From the NCBI GenBank assembly GCA_964016885.1, contig OZ024744.1, positions 19,592,001 to 19,656,000 of the forward strand: a DNA stretch of 64,000 bases. Direction: 5' to 3'. Under the pieces are notes generated by a model, which saw nothing but the letters and a program-made list of their open reading frames with translations, had not been told where the DNA came from and made no database searches. Position numbers and translations under genes: made by a program. This document shows positions 1-11,600 of the stretch, piece after piece (position 1 is the stretch's first letter; each line of letters begins with the position of its first letter). Origin of the DNA: Eledone cirrhosa. Its lineage: Eukaryota.

Positions 1-33
1 ATAACCCAAGGAGAAATGGAAAAAGATGAGTGT

Positions 34-104
34 TGCCATACCTGGGAGTCGAACCTACATATATTGTTATCCAGACCATTGTGCTACCATTACACCAATA
101 CACA
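34..104 (-). pseudogene. tRNA-like element, first copy in the window (more degenerate T-stem and anticodon stem)
   Basis: Plus strand tgccatacctgggagtcgaacctacat...gtgctaccattacaccaatacaca is homologous to the copies at 906-976 and 2645-2715. Confidence 0.8.
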
Positions 105-905
105 TCCCATCTCCTTCCATTCGAATTAGAAGCTATGAACTTAGAAAGTGAATGATAAACAAGCAAATTATAAACGCAAACATGTAAGTATGTTTTTGAA
201 ACGGTGCGCTCGTTTGAAATTAGAAATTATAAATTATAAGCTTTCACCGTATTTTAGAATAAAGAAATTTATAGCTTGATAGTGGGGTTTATAACCCTCG
301 GAGAAATGGAAAAAATATGAGTGTTGCCATACATGGGAGTCGAACCCATATATTTGGTTATCCAGACCACTGTGCTACCATTACACCAATACACGTCCCA
401 TCTCCTTCCATTCGAATTAGAAGCTATGAACTTAGCAAGTGAATGATAAACAAGCACATTATAAACGTAAACATGTAAGTATGTTTTTGAAACGGTGCGC
501 TCGTTTGAAATTAGAAATTAGTAATTATAAGCTTTCACCGGATTTTAGACTAAAGAAATGTATAGCTTGATAGTGGGGTTTATAACCCAAGGAGAAATGG
601 AAAAAGATGAGTGTTGCCATACCTGGGAGTCGAACCTACATATATTGTTATCCAGACCATTGTGCTACCATTACACCAATACACATCCCATCTCCTTCCA
701 TTCGAATTAGAAGCTATGAACTTAGCAAGTGAATGATAAACAAACAAATTATAAACGTAAACATGTAAGTATGTATTTGAAACGGTGCGCTCGTTTGAAA
801 TTAGAAATTAGAAATTATAAGCTTTCACCGTATTTTAGAATAAAGAAATGTATAGCTTGATAGTGGGGTTTATAACCCTCGGAGAAATGGAAAAAAGATG
901 AGTGT

Positions 906-976
906 TGCCATACATGGGAGTCGAACCCACATATTTGGTTATCCAGACCACTGTGCTACCATTACACCAATACACG
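906..976 (-). pseudogene. tRNA-like element (representative copy, G12-C23 class)
   Basis: The minus strand reads CGTGTAT TG GTGT AATGGTA GCAC A GTGGT CTGGATA ACCAA ATAT GTGGG TTCGACT CCCAT GTATGGC A. It is the same cloverleaf with D-stem GTGT/GCAC. Confidence 0.85.
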
Positions 977-2630
977 TCCCATCTCCTTCCATTCGAATTA
1001 GAAGCTATGAACTTAGCAAGTGAATGATAAACAAGCAAATTATAAACGCAAACATGTAAGTATGTTTTTGAAACGGTGCGCTCGTTTGAAACTAGAAATT
1101 AGAAATTATAAGCTTTCACCGTATTTTAGACTAAAGAAATTTATAGCGTGATAGTGGGGATTATAACCCTCGGAGAAATGGAAAAAGATGAGTGTTCCTA
1201 TACATGGGTGTCGAACCCACATCTTTGGTTATCCAGACCACTGTCCTACCATTAGACCAATACACATCCCATCTCCTACCATTCGAATTAGAAGCTATGA
1301 ACTTAGCAAGTGAATGATAAACAAGCTAATTATAAGCGTAAACATGTAAGTATGTGTTTGAAACGGTGCGCGAGTTTGAAATTAGAAATTAGAAATTATA
1401 ACTTTCACAGTATTTTAGACTAAAGAAATTTATAGCTTGATAGTGGGGATTATAACCCTCGGAGAAATGGAAAAAGATGAGTGTTGCCATACATGGGAGT
1501 CGAACCCACATCTTTGGCTATCCAGACCACTGTCCTACCATTAGACCAATACACATCCCATCTCCTTCCATTCGAATTAGAAGCTATGAACTTAGCAAGT
1601 GAATGATAAACTAGCAAATTATAAACGTAAACATGTAAGTATGTTTTTGAAACGGTGCGCTCGTTTGAAATTAGAAATTAGAAATTATAAGCTGTCACCG
1701 TATGTTAGACTAAACATATTTATAGCTTGATAGTGGGGATTATAATCCTCGGAGAAATGGAAAAAGATGAGTGTTGCCATACCTGGGAGTCGAACACACA
1801 TCTTTGGTTATCCAGACCACTGTGCTACCATTACACGAATACACATCCCATCTCCTTCCATTCGAATTAGAAGCTATGAACTTAGCAAGTGAATGATAAA
1901 CGAGCAAATTATAAACGTAAACATGTTAGTATGTTTTTGAAACGGTGCTCGAGTTTGAAATTAGAAATTAGAAATTATAAGCTTTCACCGTATTTTAGAC
2001 TAAAGAAATGTATAGCTTGATAGTGGGGTTTATAACCCTAGGAGAAATGGAAAAAGATGAGTGTTGCCATACCTGGGAGTCGAACCCACATCTCTGGTTA
2101 TCCAGACCACTGTCCTACCATTAGAGCAATACACATCCCATCTCCTTCCATTCGAATTAGAAGCTATGAACTTAGCAAGTGAATGATAAACAAGCAAATT
2201 ATAAACGTAAACATGTAAGTATGTTTTTGAAACGGTGCGCTCGTTTGAAATTAGAAATTAGAAATTATAAGCTTTCACCGGATTTTAGACTAAAGAAATG
2301 TATAGCTTGATAGTGGGGTTTATAACCCAAGGAGAAATGGAAAAAGATGAGTGTTGCCATACCTGGGAGTCGAACCCACATATTTTGTTATCCAGACCAT
2401 TGTGCTACCATTACACCAATACACATCCCATCTCCTTCCATTCGAATTAGAAGCTATGAACTTAGAAAGTGAATGATAAACAAGCAAATTATAAACGCAA
2501 ACATGTAAGTATGTTTTTGAAACTGTGCGCTCGTTTGAAACTAGAAATTGGAAATTATAAGCTTTCACCGTATTTTAGACTAGAGAAATTTATAGCGTGA
2601 TAGTGGGGATTATAACCCTCGGAGAAATGG

Positions 2631-2635
2631 AAAAA
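2631..2635 (-). terminator. Putative Pol III oligo-dT terminator (representative copy)
   Basis: The minus strand reads ...GTATGGCA-ACACTCATC-TTTTT, a T5 run 9 nt after the discriminator position. It is T6 in many monomers (e.g. 891-896). Confidence 0.6.
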
Positions 2636-2655
2636 GATGAGTGTTGCCATACATG

Positions 2656-2666
2656 GGAGTCGAACC
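2656..2666 (-). promoter_or_regulatory. Pol III B-box / TFIIIC site (representative copy; repeated in most monomers)
   Basis: The minus strand reads GGTTCGACTCC, an exact match to GGTTCGANNCC, 31 nt downstream of the A-box as in short-variable-arm tRNA genes. Confidence 0.8.
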
Positions 2667-2697
2667 CACATCTTTGGTTATCCAGACCACTGTCCTA

Positions 2698-2708
2698 CCA
2701 TTAGACCA
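2698..2708 (-). promoter_or_regulatory. Pol III type-2 internal promoter A-box (representative copy; repeated in each monomer)
   Basis: The minus strand reads TGGTCTAATGG (TGGTGTAATGG in the other class), fitting TRGYNNARNGG at tRNA positions 8-19. Activity is not shown. Confidence 0.7.
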
Positions 2709-2826
2709 ATACACATCCCATCTCCTTCCATTCGAATTAGAAGCTATGAACTTAGCAAGTGAATGATAAACAAGCTAATTATAAACGTAAACATGTAAGT
2801 ATGTGTTTGAAACGGTGCGCTCGTTT

Positions 2827-2847
2827 GAAATTAGAAATTAGAAATTA
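2827..2847 (+). repeat. Internal heptamer micro-repeat (GAAATTA)x3 in each monomer (representative copy)
   Basis: tttGAAATTAGAAATTAGAAATTAtaagcttt. Copy number drops to 1 at ~23718, 24284, 30073 and 30639, and to 2 at ~55272, 57296, 60189 and 61342. Confidence 0.9.
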
Positions 2848-4789
2848 TAAGCTTTCACCGTATGTTAGACTAAAGATATTTATAGCTTGATAGTGGGGAT
2901 TATAATCCTCGGAGAAATGGAAAAAGATGAGTGTTGCCATACCTGGGAGTCGAACCCACATCTCTGGTTATCCAGACCACTGTCCTACCATTAGACCAAT
3001 ACACATCCCATCTCCTTCCATTCGAATTAGAAGCTATGAACTTAGCAAGTGAATGATAAACAAGCAAATTATAAACGTAAACATGTAAGTATGTTTTTGA
3101 AACGGTGCGCTCGTTTGAAATTAGAAATTAGAAATTATAAGCTTTCACCGTATTTTAGACTAAAGAAATGTATAGCTTGATAGTGGGGTTTATAACCCTC
3201 GGAGAAATGGAAAAAGATGAGTGTTGCCATACCTGGGAGTCGAACCCACATATTTTGTTATCCAGACCATTGTGCTACCATTACACCAATACACATCCCA
3301 TCTCCTTCCATTCGAATTAGAAGCTATGAACTTAGCAAGTGAATGATAAACAAACAAATTATAAACGTAAACATGTAAGTATGTATTTGAAACGGTGCGC
3401 TCGTTTGAAATTAGAAATTATAAATTATAAGCTTTCACCGTATTTTAGAATAAAGAAATTTATAGGTTGATAGTGGGGTTTATAACCCCCGGAGAAATGG
3501 AAAAAATATGAGTGTTGCCATACATGGGAGTCGAACCCACATATTTGGTTATCCAGACCACTGTGCTACCATTACACCAATACACGTCCCATCTCCTTCC
3601 ATTCGAATTAGAAGCTATGAACTTAGCAAGTGAATGATAAACAAGCACATTATAAACGTAAACATGTAAGTATGTTTTTGAAACGGTGCGCGAGTTTGAA
3701 ATTAGAAATTAGAAATTATAAGCTTTCACCGTATTTTAGACTAAATAAATTTATAGCTTGATAGTGGGGATTATAACCCTCGGAGAAATGGAAAAAGATG
3801 AGTGTTGCCATACATGGGAGTCGAACCCACATCTTTGGTTATCCAGACCACTGTCCTACCATTAGACCAATACACATCCCATCTCCTTCCATTCGAATTA
3901 GAAGCTATGAACTTAGCAAGTGAATGATAAACAAGCAAATTATAAACGTAAACATGTAAGTATGTTTTTGAAACGGTGCGCTCGTTTGAAATTAGAAATT
4001 AGAAATTATAAGCTGTCACCGTATGTTAGACTAAACATATTTATAGCTTGATAGTGGGGATTATAATCCTCGGAGAAATGGAAAAAGATGAGTGTTGCCA
4101 TACCTGGGAGTCGAACACACATCTTTGGTTATCCAGACCACTGTGCTACCATTACACGAATACACATCCCATCTCCTTCCATTCGAATTAGAAGCTATGA
4201 ACTTAGCAAGTGAATGATAAACGAGCAAATTATAAACGTAAACATGTTAGTATGTTTTTGAAACGGTGCTCGAGTTTGAAATTAGAAATTAGAAATTATA
4301 AGCTTTCACCGTATTTTAGACTAAAGAAATGTATAGCTTGATAGTGGGGTTTATAACCCTAGGAGAAATGGAAAAAGATGAGTGTTGCCATACCTGGGAG
4401 TCGAACCCACATCTCTGGTTATCCAGACCACTGTCCTACCATTAGAGCAATACACATCCCATCTCCTTCCATTCGAATTAGAAGCTATGAACTTAGCAAG
4501 TGAATGATAAACAAGCAAATTATAAACGTAAACATGTAAGTATGTTTTTGAAACGGTGCGCTCGTTTGAAATTAGAAATTAGAAATTATAAGCTTTCACC
4601 GGATTTTAGACTAAAGAAATGTATAGCTTGATAGTGGGGTTTATAACCCAAGGAGAAATGGAAAAAGATGAGTGTTGCCATACCTGGGAGTCGAACCCAC
4701 ATATTTTGTTATCCAGACCATTGTGCTACCATTACACCAATACACATCCCATCTCCTTCCATTCGAATTAGAAGCTATGAACTTAGAAA

Positions 4790-7700
4790 GTGAATGATAA
4801 ACAAGCAAATTATAAACGCAAACATGTAAGTATGTTTTTGAAACTGTGCGCTCGTTTGAAACTAGAAATTGGAAATTATAAGCTTTCACCGTATTTTAGA
4901 CTAGAGAAATTTATAGCGTGATAGTGGGGATTATAACCCTCGGAGAAATGGAAAAAGATGAGTGTTGCCATACATGGGAGTCGAACCCACATCTTTGGTT
5001 ATCCAGACCACTGTCCTACCATTAGACCAATACACATCCCATCTCCTTCCATTCGAATTAGAAGCTATGAACTTAGCAAGTGAATGATAAACAAGCTAAT
5101 TATAAACGTAAACATGTAAGTATGTGTTTGAAACGGTGCGCTCGTTTGAAATTAGAAATTAGAAATTATAAGCTTTCACCGTATGTTAGACTAAAGATAT
5201 TTATAGCTTGATAGTGGGGATTATAATCCTCGGAGAAATGGAAAAAGATGAGTGTTGCCATACCTGGGAGTCGAACCCACATCTCTGGTTATCCAGACCA
5301 CTGTCCTACCATTAGACCAATACACATCCCATCTCCTTCCATTCGAATTAGAAGCTATGAACTTAGCAAGTGAATGATAAACAAGCAAATTATAAACGTA
5401 AACATGTAAGTATGTTTTTGAAACGGTGCGCTCGTTTGAAATTAGAAATTAGAAATTATAAGCTTTCACCGTATTTTAGACTAAAGAAATGTATAGCTTG
5501 ATAGTGGGGTTTATAACCCTCGGAGAAATGGAAAAAGATGAGTGTTGCCATACCTGGGAGTCGAACCCACATATTTTGTTATCCAGACCATTGTGCTACC
5601 ATTACACCAATACACATCCCATCTCCTTCCATTCGAATTAGAAGCTATGAACTTAGCAAGTGAATGATAAACAAACAAATTATAAACGTAAACATGTAAG
5701 TATGTATTTGAAACGGTGCGCTCGTTTGAAATTAGAAATTATAAATTATAAGCTTTCACCGTATTTTAGAATAAAGAAATTTATAGGTTGATAGTGGGGT
5801 TTATAACCCCCGGAGAAATGGAAAAAATATGAGTGTTGCCATACATGGGAGTCGAACCCACATATTTGGTTATCCAGACCACTGTGCTACCATTACACCA
5901 ATACACGTCCCATCTCCTTCCATTCGAATTAGAAGCTATGAACTTAGCAAGTGAATGATAAACAAGCACATTATAAACGTAAACATGTAAGTATGTTTTT
6001 GAAACGGTGCGCGAGTTTGAAATTAGAAATTAGAAATTATAAGCTTTCACCGTATTTTAGACTAAAGAAATTTATAGCTTGATAGTGGGGATTATAACCC
6101 TCGGAGAAATGGAAAAAGATGAGTGTTGCCATACATGGGAGTCGAACCCACATCTTTGGTTATCCAGACCACTGTCCTACCATTAGACCAATACACATCC
6201 CATCTCCTTCCATTCGAATTAGAAGCTATGAACTTAGCAAGTGAATGATAAACAAGCAAATTATAAACGTAAACATGTAAGTATGTATTTGAAACGGTGC
6301 GCTCGTTTGAAATTAGAAATTATATATTATAAGCTTTCACCGTATTTTAGAATAAAGAAATTTATAGCTTGATAGTGGGGTTTATAACCCTCGGAGAAAT
6401 GGAAAAAGATGAGTGTTGCCATACCTGGGAGTCGAACCCACATCTCTGGTTATCCAGACCACTGTCCTACCATTAGACCAATACACATCCCATCTCCTTC
6501 CATTCGAATTAGAAGCTATGAACTTAGAAAGTGAATGATAAACAAGCAAATTATAAACGCAAACATGTAAGAATGTTTTTGAAACTGTGCGCTCGTTTGA
6601 AACTAGAAATTGGAAATTATAAGCTTTCACCGTATTTTAGACTAGAGAAATTTATAGCGTGATAGTGGGGATTATAACCCTCGGAGAAATGGAAAAAGAT
6701 GAGTGTTGCCATACATGGGAGTCGAACCCACATCTCTGGTTATCCAGACCACTGTCCTACCATTAGACCAATACACATCCCATCTCCTTCCATTCGAATT
6801 AGAAGCTATGAACTTAGCAAGTGAATGATAAACAAGCTAATTATAAACGTAAACATGTAAGTATGTGTTTGAAACGGTGCGCTCGTTTGAAATTAGAAAT
6901 TAGAAATTATAAGCTTTCACCGTATGTTAGACTAAAGATATTTATAGCTTGATAGTGGGGATTATAATCCTCGGAGAAATGGAAAAAGATGAGTGTTGCC
7001 ATACCTGGGAGTCGAACCCACATCTCTGGTTATCCAGACCACTGTCCTACCATTAGACCAATACACATCCCATCTCCTTCCATTCGAATTAGAAGCTATG
7101 AACTTAGCAAGTGAATGATAAACAAGCAAATTATAAACGTAAACATGTAAGTATGTTTTTGAAACGGTGCGCTCGTTTGAAATTAGAAATTAGAAATTAT
7201 AAGCTTTCACCGTATTTTAGACTAAAGAAATGTATAGCTTGATAGTGGGGTTTATAACCCAAGGAGAAATGGAAAAAGATGAGTGTTGCCATACCTGGGA
7301 GTCGAACCCACATATTTTGTTATCCAGACCATTGTGCTACCATTACACCAATACACATCCCATCTCCTTCCATTCGAATTAGAAGCTATGAACTTAGCAA
7401 GTGAATGATAAACAAACAAATTATAAACGTAAACATGTAAGTATGTATTTGAAACGGTGCGCTCGTTTGAAATTAGAAATTATAAATTATAAGCTTTCAC
7501 CGTATTTTAGAATAAAGAAATTTATAGGTTGATAGTGGGGTTTATAACCCTCGGAGAAATGGAAAAAATATGAGTGTTGCCATACATGGGAGTCGAACCC
7601 ACATATTTGGTTATCCAGACCACTGTGCTACCATTACACCAATACACGTCCCATCTCCTTCCATTCGAATTAGAAGCTATGAACTTAGCAAGTGAATGAT

Positions 7701-8575
7701 AAACAAGCACATTATAAACGTAAACATGTAAGTATGTTTTTGAAACGGTGCGCGAGTTTGAAATTAGAAATTAGAAATTATAAGCTTTCACCGTATTTTA
7801 GACTAAAGAAATTTATAGCTTGATAGTGGGGATTATAACCCTCGGAGAAATGGAAAAAGATGAGTGTTGCCATACATGGGAGTCGAACCCACATCTTTGG
7901 TTATCCAGACCACTGTCCTACCATTAGACCAATACACATCCCATCTCCTTCCATTCGAATTAGAAGCTATGAACTTAGCAAGTGAATGATAAACAAGCAA
8001 ATTATAAACGTAAACATGTAAGTATGTATTTGAAACGGTGCGCTCGTTTGAAATTAGAAATTATATATTATAAGCTTTCACCGTATTTTAGAATAAAGAA
8101 ATTTATAGCTTGATAGTGGGGTTTATAACCCTCGGAGAAATGGAAAAAGATGAGTGTTGCCATACCTGGGAGTCGAACCCACATCTCTGGTTATCCAGAC
8201 CACTGTGCTACCATTAGACCAATACACATCCCATCTCCTTCCATTCGAATTAGAAGCTATGAACTTAGAAAGTGAATGATAAACAAGCAAATTATAAACG
8301 CAAACATGTAAGTATGTTTTTGAAACTGTGCGCTCGTTTGAAACTAGAAATTGGAAATTATAAGCTTTCACCGTATTTTAGACTAGAGAAATTTATAGCG
8401 TGATAGTGGGGATTATAACCCTCGGAGAAATGGAAAAAGATGAGTGTTGCCATACATGGGAGTCGAACCCACATCTCTGGTTATCCAGACCACTGTCCTA
8501 CCATTAGACCAATACACATCCCATCTCCTTCCATTCGAATTAGAAGCTATGAACTTAGCAAGTGAATGATAAACA
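4790..8575. repeat. Higher-order repeat: 6-monomer unit (1741 bp), about two copies, overlapping the 8-mer block
   Basis: ORF pairs 5781/7522 and 6382/8123 are offset by 1741. The marker aaactgtgcg...aaattggaaa recurs at that spacing. Confidence 0.8.
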
Positions 8576-8639
8576 AGCAAATTATAAACGTAAACATGTA
8601 AGTATGTTTTTGAAACGGTGCGCTCGTTTGAAATTAGAA

Positions 8640-11600
8640 ATTAGAAATTATAAGCTTTCACCGTATTTTAGACTAAAGAAATTTATAGCGTGATAGTGGG
8701 GATTATAACCCTCGGAGAAATGGAAAAAGATGAGTGTTCCTATACATGGGTGTCGAACCCACATCTTTGGTTATCCAGACCACTGTCCTACCATTAGACC
8801 AATACACATCCCATCTCCTACCATTCGAATTAGAAGCTATGAACTTAGCAAGTGAATGATAAACAAGCTAATTATAAGCGTAAACATGTAAGTATGTGTT
8901 TGAAACGGTGCGCGAGTTTGAAATTAGAAATTAGAAATTATAACTTTCACAGTATTTTAGACTAAAGAAATTTATAGCTTGATAGTGGGGATTATAACCC
9001 TCGGAGAAATGGAAAAAGATGAGTGTTGCCATACATGGGAGTCGAACCCACATCTTTGGCTATCCAGACCACTGTCCTACCATTAGACCAATACACATCC
9101 CATCTCCTTCCATTCGAATTAGAAGCTATGAACTTAGCAAGTGAATGATAAACTAGCAAATTATAAACGTAAACATGTAAGTATGTTTTTGAAACGGTGC
9201 GCTCGTTTGAAATTAGAAATTAGAAATTATAAGCTGTCACCGTATGTTAGACTAAACATATTTATAGCTTGATAGTGGGGATTATAATCCTCGGAGAAAT
9301 GGAAAAAGATGAGTGTTGCCATACCTGGGAGTCGAACACACATCTTTGGTTATCCAGACCACTGTGCTACCATTACACGAATACACATCCCATCTCCTTC
9401 CATTCGAATTAGAAGCTATGAACTTAGCAAGTGAATGATAAACGAGCAAATTATAAACGTAAACATGTTAGTATGTTTTTGAAACGGTGCTCGAGTTTGA
9501 AATTAGAAATTAGAAATTATAAGCTTTCACCGTATTTTAGACTAAAGAAATGTATAGCTTGATAGTGGGGTTTATAACCCTAGGAGAAATGGAAAAAGAT
9601 GAGTGTTGCCATACCTGGGAGTCGAACCCACATCTCTGGTTATCCAGACCACTGTCCTACCATTAGAGCAATACACATCCCATCTCCTTCCATTCGAATT
9701 AGAAGCTATGAACTTAGCAAGTGAATGATAAACAAGCAAATTATAAACGTAAACATGTAAGTATGTTTTTGAAACGGTGCGCTCGTTTGAAATTAGAAAT
9801 TAGAAATTATAAGCTTTCACCGGATTTTAGACTAAAGAAATGTATAGCTTGATAGTGGGGTTTATAACCCAAGGAGAAATGGAAAAAGATGAGTGTTGCC
9901 ATACCTGGGAGTCGAACCCACATATTTTGTTATCCAGACCATTGTGCTACCATTACACCAATACACATCCCATCTCCTTCCATTCGAATTAGAAGCTATG
10001 AACTTAGAAAGTGAATGATAAACAAGCAAATTATAAACGCAAACATGTAAGTATGTTTTTGAAACTGTGCGCTCGTTTGAAACTAGAAATTGGAAATTAT
10101 AAGCTTTCACCGTATTTTAGACTAGAGAAATTTATAGCGTGATAGTGGGGATTATAACCCTCGGAGAAATGGAAAAAGATGAGTGTTGCCATACATGGGA
10201 GTCGAACCCACATCTTTGGTTATCCAGACCACTGTCCTACCATTAGACCAATACACATCCCATCTCCTTCCATTCGAATTAGAAGCTATGAACTTAGCAA
10301 GTGAATGATAAACAAGCTAATTATAAACGTAAACATGTAAGTATGTGTTTGAAACGGTGCGCTCGTTTGAAATTAGAAATTAGAAATTATAAGCTTTCAC
10401 CGTATGTTAGACTAAAGATATTTATAGCTTGATAGTGGGGATTATAATCCTCGGAGAAATGGAAAAAGATGAGTGTTGCCATACCTGGGAGTCGAACCCA
10501 CATCTCTGGTTATCCAGACCACTGTCCTACCATTAGACCAATACACATCCCATCTCCTTCCATTCGAATTAGAAGCTATGAACTTAGCAAGTGAATGATA
10601 AACAAGCAAATTATAAACGTAAACATGTAAGTATGTTTTTGAAACGGTGCGCTCGTTTGAAATTAGAAATTAGAAATTATAAGCTTTCACCGTATTTTAG
10701 ACTAAAGAAATGTATAGCTTGATAGTGGGGTTTATAACCCTCGGAGAAATGGAAAAAGATGAGTGTTGCCATACCTGGGAGTCGAACCCACATATTTTGT
10801 TATCCAGACCATTGTGCTACCATTACACCAATACACATCCCATCTCCTTCCATTCGAATTAGAAGCTATGAACTTAGCAAGTGAATGATAAACAAACAAA
10901 TTATAAACGTAAACATGTAAGTATGTATTTGAAACGGTGCGCTCGTTTGAAATTAGAAATTATAAATTATAAGCTTTCACCGTATTTTAGAATAAAGAAA
11001 TTTATAGGTTGATAGTGGGGTTTATAACCCCCGGAGAAATGGAAAAAATATGAGTGTTGCCATACATGGGAGTCGAACCCACATATTTGGTTATCCAGAC
11101 CACTGTGCTACCATTACACCAATACACGTCCCATCTCCTTCCATTCGAATTAGAAGCTATGAACTTAGCAAGTGAATGATAAACAAGCACATTATAAACG
11201 TAAACATGTAAGTATGTTTTTGAAACGGTGCGCGAGTTTGAAATTAGAAATTAGAAATTATAAGCTTTCACCGTATTTTAGACTAAAGAAATTTATAGCT
11301 TGATAGTGGGGATTATAACCCTCGGAGAAATGGAAAAAGATGAGTGTTGCCATACATGGGAGTCGAACCCACATCTTTGGTTATCCAGACCACTGTCCTA
11401 CCATTAGACCAATACACATCCCATCTCCTTCCATTCGAATTAGAAGCTATGAACTTAGCAAGTGAATGATAAACAAGCAAATTATAAACGTAAACATGTA
11501 AGTATGTATTTGAAACGGTGCGCTCGTTTGAAATTAGAAATTATATATTATAAGCTTTCACCGTATTTTAGAATAAAGACATTTATAGCTTGATAGTGGG

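Larger units (their letters stand above)
2645..2715 (-). pseudogene. tRNA-like element (representative copy, C12-G23 class); one homologue per monomer
   Basis: The minus strand reads TGTGTAT TG GTCT AATGGTA GGAC A GTGGT CTGGATA ACCAA AGAT GTGGG TTCGACT CCCAT GTATGGC A (71 nt). It has a D-stem of 4 bp, an anticodon stem of 4/5 bp with a 7-nt loop, a 4-nt variable loop, a T-stem of 5 bp with a TTCGA loop, and invariant U8, A14, G18, G19, A21, U33, G53, T54, T55, C56, A58 and C61. The acceptor stem has only 5/7 pairs, three of them G.U. Confidence 0.85.
1615..6256. repeat. Higher-order repeat: 8-monomer unit (2321 bp), two tandem copies
   Basis: The diagnostic gctgtcaccgtatgttagactaaacat occurs at 1691 and 4012. 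ORF pairs 2320/4641 and 3460/5781 are offset by 2321. Confidence 0.9.

Noticed and set aside
1-290. Monomer as a dimer of two 145-bp subunits
   Set aside because: The two halves (tRNA-like versus AT-rich) show no colinear similarity by eye.
2645-2715. Functional tRNA-Ser(GGA) gene array
   Set aside because: There is no long variable arm, position 37 is U, pairs 1-72, 2-71 and 27-43 are mismatched, and many copies have further stem breaks. Called tRNA-like only.
2806-2830. CENP-B box in the CpG-containing stretch tttgaaacggtgcgctcgttt
   Set aside because: It does not match TTCGNNNNANNCGGG on either strand.
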